Source of the DNA: Eledone cirrhosa
Taxonomy: Eukaryota
Reading direction: 5' to 3'
Assembly (NCBI GenBank): GCA_964016885.1
Contig: OZ024743.1
Coordinates: 95,728,001-95,792,000, forward strand
DNA: 64,000 bases
Each line of letters starts with the position of its first letter. Position 1 is the first letter of the stretch. The notes below the pieces were generated by a model that did not search any database, had not been told where the DNA came from, and worked only from the letters and a program-made list of their open reading frames with translations. A program made the position numbers and the translations under genes. Positions 1 to 15,163 of this stretch are shown here, piece by piece.

Positions 1-518
1 CAATCACGAAAAAGATAGATGGCATGTCAGACCTTGACTACTGGGGTCGACTAGAAAAGCTGAAACTTTACTCACTTCAACGTCGCCGTGAGCGTTATAT
101 TATCTGCATGATGTGGAAAATGTTTCATCAGCACTGCCCAAATGATGTTGGCATCACCTTCAAAATAAACCCAAGGCTTGGGCCCCGTGCTATCCGTCCC
201 AAACAAAAATCTAAATCGCAACTCATAACAACAATACGGCATAATTATTTCACCTCAATTGGCCCTGCTCTCTTCAACATCACACCAGGACACGTCAAAA
301 CAGAAACTGACCACACAAAATTCAAGAAGTCTTTGGACAAATTCCTCCAAGTAATCCCGGACAAACCACCCACACCCGGATATGTCTCCGCAAACAGTAA
401 TTCCCTTCTCGAATGGGCCATGGTGCCCAAATCCTGAATTGAAAGACTTCGACAGGTGGTGCTATTAAGTTAGACATGGTCTGGGCCAATACTGGCCGAA
501 ACATTTCAAAGTTCAAAG

Positions 519-520
<2 letters not shown>
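1..520 (+). mobile_element. 3' end of a CR1-group non-LTR retrotransposon (ORF2 C-terminus, 3' UTR stem-loop, short AAAGTTC repeat tail)
   Basis: ORF 24-437 has YWGRLEKLKLYSLQRRRERY and FKKSLDKFLQVIPDKP, typical of a post-RT LINE C-terminus. Hairpin GGCCA-atac-TGGCC lies at ~486-499, followed by (TA)n. Confidence 0.7.
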
Positions 521-603
<83 letters not shown>

Positions 604-607
<4 letters not shown>

Positions 608-1375
608 TCGTTTTGTTTTGGCTGTGCGGATGATATGTTTAACCATCATCTCAGTGTGTTTGGGCCTTAACGTATGTTGTAGCTCTGATTCATATGATTC
701 ATCGAGCGCTTGCCACACATATCGGACGTTGATTTTCGTTAATTCCTGAGCTGAAAACGATTCTCGCTAATTTATATTTGTATTAATCTCCAGAGTCTAG
801 CTATAGAGCAGTTAATTTTATTGATTTTTTTCAGTTACTTATATTGACTGTTGAATAGCTCTGTTATATTTAACCATTCTGTCGAGAGCTTTATTCGATT
901 TGTGATATTTTGCATTCTCGCAATAATACACAACTGAATCATTCGCTTAATAGAGGTGTTACCTCCCTTGCTGAATCCCACGAGGGATCAGTAATAGCCA
1001 CACTATCTATAGCATCTTGGAGCAAAACCCGTTGATAACACGACTGCCTTGTTCATCATCTCACCAGAAGCCCAACATTCTTTATGTCGGCGGACAGTAC
1101 CTGATTTGGAGTCGCAGAAACCAATACTGGATTATACCATCAGTCCAGGGCCCGGGAAAGTATCAACACATATATTTTTATTGTTTGACCCGAATTACTT
1201 GGTCGTTTTGTTTTGGCTGTGCGGATGATATGTTTAACCATCATCTCAGTGTGTTAGGCCCTTAACGTATGTTGTAGCTCTGATTCATGTGATTCATCGA
1301 GCGCTTGCCACACATATCGGACGTTGATATTCGTTAATTCCTGAGCTGAAAACGATTCTCGCTAATTTATATTTA
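604..1375. mobile_element. ORF-less element: ~595 bp unit with ~175 bp terminal direct repeats, inserted in (TA)n
   Basis: 604-779 is repeated at 1199-1373. There are (TA)n tracts on both sides, and a diverged reverse-complement fragment at ~37663-37822. Confidence 0.7.
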
Positions 1376-1462
<87 letters not shown>

Positions 1463-1494
1463 GTGTGTGTATGTATATATATAAGTATATATAT

Positions 1495-1700
1495 GTAGTG
1501 TTAGTCGAACCAAAGAGGGCTCGATAAGGATAAATATATATCAAATATATAAGAACCCTAGGGCAAATATTCTCATTGCTGACGTGTTATCTTCGCTTTT
1601 TCCCGTTCATTGCCAGGCAGCGTCTTCATGAACCAAAGTATCGTCTTCCTGGTTTCCTTCGGTTGCAACGTTTTTCGAAATATTTACTTCTGCGTTTTGT
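1495..1700. mobile_element. Penelope pseudo-LTR fragments (inverted plus direct) of the 4.1-6.9 kb family
   Basis: ~1510-1570 is the reverse complement of ~6818-6875, and ~1578-1698 matches ~6613-6730 directly. Confidence 0.7.
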
Positions 1701-1740
1701 TTTCATAATCTCGTGATGCAGACAACCAGACATACAGACA

Positions 1741-3293
1741 TCTATATATATAAAACTGTGGTTGTCTGTCTGTCTATCGATTTTTGGCACACATCTCCTC
1801 TTAGAATCTCTCACGGAATTGCACCGAAATTGCTATACTTGTACATTGAGCCCTAGCGAAGACATCGGAAAAAAAAATTTTCAAATTGACCCACCCTATG
1901 TGACGAAATCGAATATAATGTATCGATTTTTGAGCGTAAGTGATCAGTTATTTCCCTTTGTTCTGTTTACATTGAGCGTCTTACGTAAAAAAATTACGCT
2001 GGCTTTCTCAGCGTTTAAAATGACATTAACACGATACACGAACAGACAGTTGTCGAGCCAGCAAAATATTGACCTGCAAAATTCATCAGTTCGAACACTA
2101 AGCTTCCGTTTTGCTTCATTTCCATTTAAAAGCATTTTAAAACAATATTTTTACTTGAAAACAAGTCTATTTAAAGACTACGTAAAACAAGCAAATATTT
2201 CGTCGTTAGGCGTGCAGACAGACAGTCGTGCAGAGAGGTGATATAGGCGTGCAGACAGAGAGTCGTGCGGAGAGGTGATATAGGCGTGCAGACAGACAGT
2301 CGTGCAGAGAGGTGATATAGGCGTGCAGACAGACAGTCGTGCAGAGAGGTGATATAGGCGTGCAGACAGACAGTCGTGCAGAGAGGTGATATAGGCGTGC
2401 AGACAGACAGTCGTGCAGAGAGGTGATATAGGCGTGCAGACAGACATAACTGATAATTCTGTTTACATTGAGCGTCTTACGTAAAAAATTACGCTGGCTT
2501 TCTCAGTTGTCGAGCCAGCAAAATATTGACCTGCAAAATTCATCAGTTCGAACACTAAGCTTCCGTTTTGCTTCATCTCCATTTAAAAGCATTTTAAAAC
2601 AATATTTTTACTTGAAAACAAGTCTATTTAAAGACTACGTAAAACAAGCAAATATTTCGTCGTTAGGCGTGCAGACAGACAGTCGTGCAGACAGACAGTC
2701 GTGCAGAGAGGTGATATACGCGTGCAGACAGACAGTCGTGCAGAGAGATGATATAGGCGTGCAGACAGACAGTCGTGCAGACAGACAGTCGTGCAGACAG
2801 ACAGTCGTGCAGAGAGGTGATATAGGCGTGCAGACAGACAGTCGTGCAGAGAGGTGATATAGGCGTGCAGACAGAGAGTCGTGCGGAGAGGTGATATAGG
2901 CGTGCAGACAGACAGTCGTGCAGAGAGGTGATATAGGCGTGCAGACAGACAGTCGTGCAGAGAGGTGATATAGGCGTGCAGACAGACATAACTGATAATT
3001 TGGTTACGCTAATGTTTTTCTCTGCGTTGCAGTGTTTACATTTTCGATCTTTGTTAATAAATAACCAGTGCAGTTTTTATCCCCAGCATCCTCTTTTGTT
3101 ATAACATTCGGGTTATCGTTATGTTTTCTTAACTTCATAAGGCATATTGTTGTTTGAGGGAATATTAATCAAAACCACCACATGCAAGTCTGCACAGTAG
3201 ACACTACAGTTTTTAAGCCAAAAAAGAAACTTAACATTGTAACTTTAACACAGCTACTGAGCGACCCCGAGCAACGCCGGGCTTTACTGCTAG
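1741..3293 (+). mobile_element. Non-autonomous Helitron
   Basis: A|TCTATATATATAAAA 5' end. The 3' end has a CCCG-agcaacgc-CGGG hairpin followed by CTAG|T. It sits at an AT target with no TSD. Confidence 0.85.
2207..2988. repeat. 37-bp minisatellite arrays (2207-2446 and 2663-2988) within a ~500 bp internal duplication of the Helitron
   Basis: Unit TAGGCGTGCAGACAGACAGTCGTGCAGAGAGGTGATA with period 37. The flanking unique block ~1961-2206 recurs at ~2457-2662. Confidence 0.95.
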
Positions 3294-3409
3294 TATATTA
3301 TAAGGGCGCGACGTTATAGCTATGTATCTATCTAAAAAGACACTAAGAAAGAGAGAAAGATCGCTAACCGGTGCCTAATGCGGTCGCTAGGGCATTGCAA
3401 ATTAGAAAT

Positions 3410-4142
3410 TTTTGTGCAATTTATGTTTACAAGCCGAAATTGCCTCAGATTTTTTGTTTAAGATGTGGTCTGTGGCGCAGAGTATTTCCAGGGCCTCAGC
3501 GGCGCAGAGGTCACATGGTTTTTTTTATTACCGTTATACGATCTAGCCCTAGCTAGGATCTCCCAGTGTAACTTATATTGGGTGTGGTTGTCTTTTAGAC
3601 TCCAGATATAAGCTGAAAGTGACGTCATATTCCTTCTTAGAGGGTAACGAAAAGAATGGGTATGCATGTAAAGACGCTGCTTGAAACTATTGGCGGTTAA
3701 CCCTATGTAGGCCCTACGGGACGTGGGTGTTACAACCTTACATTTGTAGACAATGTTACTAGAGAGGCATTTCCCGGATAGGGGACAATCAGCCCGATTC
3801 CTACAATTACAGTTAGTACTAACTACAGGGTTGCACGTGTTCCTACGGCTAGGTATTTTAGCTAAATTTGAAGCTGTGATGTTATGTGCAAGGTTAGGAG
3901 TCGTTGAGTAAGAAATTTTAATAGTGTTTCTATTAAAATTTTTACTATATTTATGTGTAGGGGGAAAATGCTTCGTAATAAGGGAAAGAAAGATCTTAGC
4001 TAATGGTGTGGCCACCTCCATATTATATGGTGGGTTAAACCAACAAATGCGACGGGATCTATTTCTTCTAGGTCTATACTCGTACTCTGTATATGCTACC
4101 TTATCGACAAATCCACTGCGAGCAAGAGCTTCATTGTAATAA
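3410..4142 (-). mobile_element. Inverted copy of the thumb/GIY-YIG part of the adjacent Penelope element
   Basis: Near-identical reverse complement of 5049-5779. ORF 3458-4021 repeats the same peptide. Confidence 0.95.
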
Positions 4143-4350
4143 TAACGATGCTGGGTTTAAAATCACATCTGATCTCAACATCCTGGACCGGACCGAACAC
4201 CTGGACCCTATCTCTCCCCACTTTACCCTGAAGGACCACAAATCCAATTTTCCGAACAACCCCTCTATTCGGCTTATTAATCCTACGAAGTCCGATTTAG
4301 GTAGACTTAGTAAAACGATTCTTGATAGAATTATACCTTAAATTAGAAAT

Positions 4351-5820
4351 TTGGCCCCTCTCGCACTGTGGAACAATTCTTTCGCGGTGATTGATTGGTT
4401 CAACGGCATATGTAACAAGGAACATTGCCGTTTTATCCAATTCGACATCAACAATTACTACTCCTCCATCACTTTACCACTTCTCCTCAGAGCTATCAAT
4501 TTCGCTAAAACATTCACAGTGGTTAAGGATTTCGAAGTTGATGTCATCCTTAATGCCCGAAAGTCGGTGATTAATTTCGACGATTCTATTTGGATTAAAA
4601 AATCCAATAGTACCCCATTCGACGTGAGTATGGGCGCCAGTGACTCTGCGGAGGTTACTGATCTTATTGGCCTTTTCCTTCTTTTCTCTATCAAGGACGA
4701 ATTCCCCAACGCGGGCGGTGGTTTGTACCATGACGATGGCCTTTTGACCATGACTAAGTGCGGACCTCGTGCTTGCGACAGATTCAGAAAAGAACTCACT
4801 GCCTTCTTTAAAGGCTTCAACCTCTCCATACAGGTTGAGGCCAATCTCTCGGTCGTTAATTACCTCGACGTTACCCTCAATTTATTGAATGGGTTGCATT
4901 ACCCGTATAGAAAGCCGAATGATACGCTTAATTACATAAGTAAGCATTCCAACCATCCTGCCAGCATAACCAAGAACCTGGTAAAAAACGTTTCGTTGAG
5001 GCTTTCCCGTCTTTCCACCAACGAGCGCATTTTCAACGACCATTCCACTTATTACAATGAAGCTCTTGCTCGCAGTGGATTTGTCGATAAGGTAGCATAT
5101 ACAGAGTACGAGTATAGACCTAGAAGAAATAGATCCCGTCGCATTTGTTGGTTTAACCCACCATATAATATGGAGGTGGCCACACCATTAGCTAAGATCT
5201 TTCTTTCCCTTATTACGAAGCATTTTCCCCCTACACATAAATATAGTAAAAATTTTAATAGAAACACTATTAAAATTTCTTACTCAACGACTCCTAACCT
5301 TGCACATAACATCACAGCTTCAAATTTAGCTAAAATACCTAGCCGTAGGAACACGTGCAACCCTGTAGTTAGTACTAACTGTAATTGTAGGAATCGGGCT
5401 GATTGTCCCCTATCCGGGAAATGCCTCTCTAGTAACATTGTCTACAAATGTAAGGTTGTAACACCCACGTCCCGTAGGGCCTACATAGGGTTAACCGCCA
5501 ATAGTTTCAAGCAGCGTCTTTACATGCATACCCATTCTTTTCGTTACCCTCTAAGAAGGAATATGACGTCACTTTCAGCTTATATCTGGAGTCTAAAAGA
5601 CAACCACACCCAATATAAGTTACACTGGGAGATCCTAGCTAGGGCTAGATCGTATAACGGAAATAAAAAACCATGTGACCTCTGCGCCGCTGAGGCCCTG
5701 GAAATACTCTGCGCCACAGACCACATCTTAAACAAAAAATCTGAGGCAATTTCGGCTTGTAAACATAAATTGCACAAAACTTTCCTGTATTACAGCCCTA
5801 CGTTATACCCTAACGGATAG
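4351..5820 (+). CDS. Penelope-like reverse transcriptase plus GIY-YIG endonuclease (probably Hydra clade)
   Basis: Motifs FDINNYYSSI, SMGASDS, LYHDDGL, NYLDVTL, WFNPPY, CNCRNRADCPL, NIVYKC..AYIGLT..FKQR and CDLC. Confidence 0.92.
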   Translation: MAPLALWNNSFAVIDWFNGICNKEHCRFIQFDINNYYSSITLPLLLRAINFAKTFTVVKDFEVDVILNARKSVINFDDSIWIKKSNSTPFDVSMGASDSAEVTDLIGLFLLFSIKDEFPNAGGGLYHDDGLLTMTKCGPRACDRFRKELTAFFKGFNLSIQVEANLSVVNYLDVTLNLLNGLHYPYRKPNDTLNYISKHSNHPASITKNLVKNVSLRLSRLSTNERIFNDHSTYYNEALARSGFVDKVAYTEYEYRPRRNRSRRICWFNPPYNMEVATPLAKIFLSLITKHFPPTHKYSKNFNRNTIKISYSTTPNLAHNITASNLAKIPSRRNTCNPVVSTNCNCRNRADCPLSGKCLSSNIVYKCKVVTPTSRRAYIGLTANSFKQRLYMHTHSFRYPLRRNMTSLSAYIWSLKDNHTQYKLHWEILARARSYNGNKKPCDLCAAEALEILCATDHILNKKSEAISACKHKLHKTFLYYSPTLYPNG

Positions 5821-6746
5821 CACGATCTATACGTGGATATTTACGTCTTGATGTGGGAGCTAAGTATATGTTTTGTTTATTCCTTTACTTATTTGCATAG
5901 GTAAGTATATTTTACCCGTATGTTTTGTGAAGGTATGTATACCTTCTCGTACGTATATTTGACTGTTTTGGCGTATAATTTTTACATATTCTGGTATTTA
6001 GGGCTTGGTTATGTGTATATGGGAGTTTTGCGTCTGCGTAAGTATGCAGGCTCGTACGTATGGTGGGTGTGTGTATATGTGTACTTCTTGTTTTAGTTGA
6101 CTTACGTCTCCGAACCTTCATGTATTTATTTGTAGGTATGTGTGTGCGCTTGTTATATACGTATTTATTTACTTATATACGTTTATATAATTATTTATTT
6201 ATTTGCACACAAGCATACACACATACACATATTTATATGTGCGTGGTTTTGTATACCTATGGTAAGGTTTTGCGTATGCTTGTGTATGTACGTATCTGTT
6301 TGCGTGTATGTATTTATTTGTTCCTATTACTTCTGTATTGTATTTATTTACTTTGTTCTTAACTCTGTAGCGGAGATTCATTCGGTCTCCTAGTTAGAAT
6401 TTTAGTCTACGACTTCTGCTATACCATTTACGTGGTTTTGTCTTTGCACGCTATTGTTCTCCACGCTCCACATATGACTTATTATCTTCGTTTTTTCGTT
6501 CATTGCCAGAGAACGTCTCTATGCACCACTTAGAGAACATTAGTCTACGACCTCTTTTATACCATAAACGTGGTTCTGTCCTTGCACGTAATTGTTTTTC
6601 ACCGCTCCTATTAATGACGTATTATTCGTTTTTTCCCGTTCTTTGCCAGCGAACGTCATCATGAACCAAAGTATCGTCTTCCTGTCTTCCTCCGGTTGCA
6701 ACGTTTTTTGAAATATCCAGTTCTGCGTTTACAGATTGACTTTGTT

Positions 6747-6797
6747 AGTTTCAGAAGATCCCGTTAAGGGTGAAAGCAGCGATTCTTTGCTTAAACT
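6747..6797 (+). ncRNA. Variant type I hammerhead ribozyme (A4 core)
   Basis: AGTTT CAGAAGA T-CCC gttaa GGG-T GAAA GCA..TGC T T AAACT. All three stems form, but the core has U4>A and a U.U closing pair. Confidence 0.6.
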
Positions 6798-6903
6798 TTA
6801 ATCTGTTATTTTAATAAATATTTGCTCTTCGGTTCTTATATATTTGATATATATTTTCCTTATCGAGCCCTCTCTGGATTTTAGTCTTCAATTTTATTAT
6901 TAT

Positions 6904-9225
<2,322 letters not shown>

Positions 9226-9392
9226 TGTATATATGCGTATGTATATATATATTTTTTTAGAGTTAAACAAGGTTCATGTGAATATATCTAAGAATGAGTT
9301 TTACACACATACATATGTATGTGTTTATATTTGTATGTATGTGTTTGTGATATGTATGTATATGTATGTGTATGTATGTATGGATATGTATG

Positions 9393-9517
<125 letters not shown>

Positions 9518-9939
9518 ATATATTTATATGTGTGTGTGTGTATGTATATGTGTATGCGTATGTATGTGTATATGTATTTGTATATGTATGTGTATGTATG
9601 AGATTGCGTGTATGTATTTATTTTTACGTATGTATGTGCACGTGCAATTGTGTGTATTGCTTACCACGTGTGTTTGTTCATTTATTTGTTGCCTGTATCG
9701 CTGTCAACACTATAATAATCTTTATATTCATTTTTATTCTTATGTGACGGTATTTTTATTATTATATTTTTTCTTATATTTATTTGTGTGTGTGAGTATA
9801 TAAGTGTGTATATTTCTATATTTATGCATGCGTATGTATGCGTGTATATATGTGTGTATGTATGTGTATGTATGTACGTGTGTATATATGTATGATTGTG
9901 TGTATGTATGTATGTATGTGTATGTGTATGTATATGTAT

Positions 9940-9985
<46 letters not shown>

Positions 9986-10184
9986 ATATATATGTATGTG
10001 TGTGTATGGATGTATATATATGTTTATGTATATATATGTATATATGCATGTATATATATGTGTGTGTGTGTATGTACGTTTGTGTATTTGTATGTATGTG
10101 TATGTATGGATATGTTGATAATTATGTGTGTATGAATGTATGTGTATATGTATGTGTATGTACATATATATATACACATATATA

Positions 10185-10217
<33 letters not shown>

Positions 10218-11094
10218 GTGTATGTATGCGTGTATGTATATATATATGTGTATGTATATAACTGTGTGTGTGTGTGTGTGTGTGTTTGCATGTGTGTTTA
10301 TTTTTCCTTTCCTTCTTCCTTTTCCAGCCTCACTTTCATATAGATTATATTTTTGTTTTTAAAATCCAATACCAATAAATACGCCAGGATTTTTTCATTC
10401 TGATGATTGAAAGCAAAATTTGTTTGCTTTTAAGAAACCACTGGTAATTGAAATAATTGCCTTATGTTGTTTATTGCATAACTATTAAGCTCTGTTACCT
10501 ACATAGAGCACTCTTTTTTCCTGGACTTTTCCGACGGAATTACTTCATTTATATATATATATATATTTATATTAAATAGCGGAGTTAAAAACTCACATTA
10601 ATCTCCTATATATTCCGGGCTCTTTATAACTCGACATATAGTGAGAAGTGCACATAGACATATGTGTTCAATCATAGGGGTTCAAAAACCACCAGTGTGA
10701 CAAACGTGTTACCTACGGAAGGAATGGGGAATATAAATCTATAAAAGGAATATAGTAAAGTGTAGTAACCATTCGATTATAACAATAACTCCTGGATATG
10801 CTCAAATAAGAGAATGTTTCGCTATAATATAAATGAAGAATCCATATTGTAGATGTAGCTCATCATATATGTCTAGCAATATGATCAACACTTCTATAAA
10901 ATATATCAGATAACAAAGAAAACACACATGGTATAGAAGAAAGACATGTGAGTTTTATAGCCCATGGTGGTGTAGACAAAAAGACCGCTAAATATAGCAG
11001 TTCAGAACCATTCAACTTTAGAAGCATAAAATATATAGAATATACCTGAAATGATATTTAAATATCTTTATTTTAGCTTAAATATTTATAAATT

Positions 11095-11790
11095 ATTCAA
11101 TTACTAAATGTACGCCTGTCACTAAATATATACCCATCCTTAAATATATACCCATCACTAAATATATACCCGTCACTAAATATATACCTATCACTAAATG
11201 TACGCCCATCACTAAATATATACCAATCACTAAATATATACCCATCGCTAAATATATACTCGCCATTCCATGTATGTCCGTCACCAAATAAAGCCCGTTA
11301 CTAAAGGTATGCTAGCCATACAGTGTATATCGGTCATACAATGTACACTCCTTACTAATTGTATGCCTGCAACTAAATGTACGCTTGTCATACATTATAT
11401 ACCAGTCACTATATGTATACCAGTCGCTATCTGTATACCAGTCACTAACTGTATACCAGTCAATAACTGTATACCAGTCACTATCTGTATACCAGTCAGT
11501 TAATGTATACCCGTCACTAACTGTATACCAGTCACTAACTGTATACCAGTCACTATCTGTATACCAGTCAGTAAATGTATACCAGTCACTATCTGTATAC
11601 CAGTCAGTAAATGTATACCAGTCACTATCTGTATACCAGTCACTAACTGTATACCAGTCACTAACTGTATACCAGTCAGTAAATGTATACCAGTCAATAA
11701 ATGTATACCAGTCACTAACTGTATACCAGTCGCTAACTGTATACCAGTCACTAACTGTATACCAGTCAGTATATATATACCCGTCATACA
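11095..11790. repeat. 18-bp minisatellite
   Basis: Unit TGTATACCAGTCACTAAC. It is homogeneous in 11400-11770 and degenerate to the left. Confidence 0.95.
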
Positions 11791-11859
11791 AATTAGACTG
11801 ACCATTTCAGGTATGTTCCTTATGATGTATGCCGCAATCATAGGATTAGTCATATATAG

Positions 11860-12006
<147 letters not shown>

Positions 12007-13009
12007 TCCGTGTTATATGATCTGGTCTGTTTTCATTTTGCAGAACCTATTAATCTATCTGTGGACACTGGAGAATTTTGAATGTTTTTGTTTGCCTTTC
12101 GTTATAGAATGCAATTGATATTTGAGTACATATGTCAATCATACAAGAAAAGTAAATAATAAATGATTGTGAAAACAGATAAACAAAGACGTATTTACTT
12201 AGCATCCTTACAGTTAATATTCAGCTTAAAATAATCTGATTTTATTCTTGGTAATTGAATTCTTAGTTGTTGATTTTAAAGTTGACACTATAAAAAAACT
12301 ACCGATTGAAAAATAATTCGATAGACTAAACGGAGCGATGAGAGCGAAAGTACTTTAAAGAAAAATATAGAATATATAAAAAGAGGACCCCCCCCCCACA
12401 CACACACCTACACACTCAATACCTTAGTCGGTTTCGACGATGAGTGCATAGTTGTTCAATTAACGGAACAGTCGGCTCATGAATTCAACGGGAAAGTGAC
12501 TGGGAATTCCACAGACACGTGTACCCAGTGAGTGCCAAGACTGGACCTTTGAATTACAGGTTCAATCCATCGGTATATCTTTCAATCAGTTTCCGTCAAC
12601 CCAATTTCATTCACAAGGTTTAGGTCGATCTAAAGCTATGCTGGATGACATTTGCTCAAGATGTCACGCAGATGTCACACAGATGTCACACAGTCAGATC
12701 CAACTCGGGTCTTAATTATAACTGATGAAGCAGCGTGGTAAATGTTTAAGATAAACATTCATTAACTCAAGAGGATTGGTATCTGATGCAAGCAAATTTC
12801 CTTCATCGATGTCAGATTTAACATCTTTATGGAGTTCGCGTGTTGAGTTACATATGGCAAACTATAATGTTAATTATTGCGAAGCTGCGTACACATAAAA
12901 CATTAAAATATGAAATACATGCTCGCATACTGATAAAAAAAGGAGTGCATTTATTGTTTTTTGATCCAGGATGATCACTGATTAAGCAGACATTAATAAT
13001 TGTTTCTTC

Positions 13010-13850
13010 TTTTTGGAACAAGGCCAGCAATTATCCCAGTGTAATACTGGTACTTTATTTTATAGACCCTGTAAGGATGAAAGGCAAAGTTAACCTTGGC
13101 GGGTTTTGAAATCAGAACGTAAAGGGACGTAACTAGTGACCATCTAGTCTTTAAAAGTTACTGAAAATTAAATTCTAATTTTTAGAATTTAATTTCATCA
13201 TTTATTAAATAGGTAAAACTGACAGTTTTACGGGAAACAACTAATTTTTATTATTTGCTCATTTGACGGGAGGAGGATTGGCAGAATCAGTAGACCGCCG
13301 GACAACATGCTTTGGAGCATAGAGTTACGACCCTTTACGTTCTGTTTTCAAATTCCACCGACGTTAGCTTTGCCTTTTATCCTTAAGGTGTCGATAAAAT
13401 AAAGTATCAGTAATGCACTGGGGTCGATTGAATTGATTTTCCCCTCCTCCAAAATTCTTGACTTTGTGCCTAAATCAGAAACTCTTATTTGAAATGATAG
13501 GCTAGCAGAGGTGGATGGGAGTCGAATATAATGCCATTGCAATATTTGTTCCGTCTCTTTACATTTTGAGTTCAAGTCCCACCAAGGTCTTCTTCGATCC
13601 TTCCAGTCGATGAAATGAAGGAACTGTTATGTGCTTGGATTGATTTAATCAACTTTGCCCTTCCTCCAAATTTGTTGGCGTTGTATGTAAATTTGAAATC
13701 ATTGTGAGTACGATGGATTGGCCGAATCGGTACGACCTGGGATAAATGCTTTGCCGTATTCTTCCGACTCTTTACTGTCTCAGTTCAAATCCCAGGGATG
13801 TCAACTTTGCCTTTCATCCGCCATGGGTTGATAAGATCACGTACTTGTGG
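13010..13850. mobile_element. Cluster of tRNA-derived SINE copies (one minus at ~13010-13135, three plus at ~13275-13850)
   Basis: A-box-like TGGCAGAATCAG and B-box GTTCAAATCC, plus the body CTTTGCCTTTCATCC..GTCGATAAAATAAAGTACCAG. Confidence 0.8.
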
Positions 13851-15163
13851 CATTGTGCCTATGTTGGAAACAATTTCTTTCCTTTCAACAACTATCCTAC
13901 CTTAACCTTGCCTTGCAGGGCATCTCATGGGTTTCCTAGCACCTCCGAGGAGGTGATTGCGCCCGGACCGACTCGAGTCGCCCTCATTGGCTAAGTATGC
14001 ATGTATGAACACATACTAATGGAGTCATCTTGAGCACTTTAAACCTGGCAGAGACCATTCCCGCCCCATGTCTTAACACAGCCGATATCTTCCAGAGAAT
14101 GAGAGATCGACAGTGAGAGAGAGAAGAGAGAAAGAGATATAAGGGAAGAATGGATTCCAGAATTTGAGAGGTATCTTTTTTTATCTACCAGAAAAGAATG
14201 AAATCAAAGTTGATCTCGGCGTTATTTAAACTCAGAGAGTGCAAAGAGCGGGGACGACTACTACAAACATTCTATCCGACATTCTAACACCTCTTCCAAT
14301 TTGCCGCTTCTCAAGAAAAGTAAAGTTATATTTAAGAATTCTGTGGGAGAATTTTTTGTGTTTATAACTTTGTCTAAGCCTGTTTCGTTCAACTGGAACA
14401 TTTGTGTTCAAACGTGAAATAAGCTGTCTTATAACCCTAATTCTGTTCAGTATAAGTATCTAAAAGTTCTCTCTTGTAAAATATAAATCTTTAAGAAAGA
14501 TGGGCGTTAAAAAATGCTTAACTATTGTTATTTGAAAGTTTCTTCAGCTTGTATCCACATATTACAAAGTTTAAAACTAATATTTTCAAGTGCTGGTTTC
14601 GGTCGTGGCCCCCGTGTTTGTTTGACACGTCCTGTCACAGTTCAAACAATCGGCTTATTTTAAATTAGTTCATCTAATTGTTATTCCGAACAATATCCCT
14701 TGATAGTCAAAGCCTATTCAATACTCTTCAAAGTAGAAATTCTCTTCTGTTAAATATTATCAGTTCTCTTATAGATATTAGAAATGAACGTTGATATTTC
14801 CATTTAGTCACGTCTTTCAACATACTAATTAGAATATGTTCGCACATCAACAGGAAGTAGACTTTAAAGCAAGCGCTATCTAATGAAATTACGTTCACAA
14901 ATATATATCAAAGGAATGAGACATATATATATACTAATGTCTTTAGTGTATTTCTTGTGTGTATTATACTAAACAATAACAAAAACAACGGCAACAACCG
15001 CAGCAATAATAATAATGAGTATGGTGAGTAGAGTGTGTTTTTTTATTAGCCACAAGGGCTCATATATAGAAGAAAACCTTAAAATACAGCGGTTAGAAAA
15101 CATAGGGAAAGTAAAGTAAGTATAATGAGCGTAGCAAACCTTTGATAGAAATAGAATATAACA

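Larger units (their letters stand above)
4143..6880 (+). mobile_element. 5'-truncated Penelope-like element with 3' UTR/pseudo-LTR
   Basis: RT-GIY-YIG frame from ~4143 (one stop at ~4339). The 3' region has ~135 bp tandem repeats and a hammerhead-like motif, and ends at (TA)n. Confidence 0.9.

Noticed and set aside
2207-2988. 37-bp (and 38-bp at 40237-40670) repeats of CRISPR-like length
   Set aside because: They are head-to-tail with no unique spacers and no cas genes, in a eukaryotic context.
4339-4341. In-frame stop in the PLE RT as possible selenocysteine recoding (as in Naiad PLEs)
   Set aside because: The codon is TAA, not TGA, the element has a C-terminal EN, and no SECIS was identified.
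11312-11853. Repetitive ORFs (DWYTVS, YQSLTV, TGIQLV)
   Set aside because: They are frames of an 18-bp minisatellite, open on both strands with no other coding evidence.
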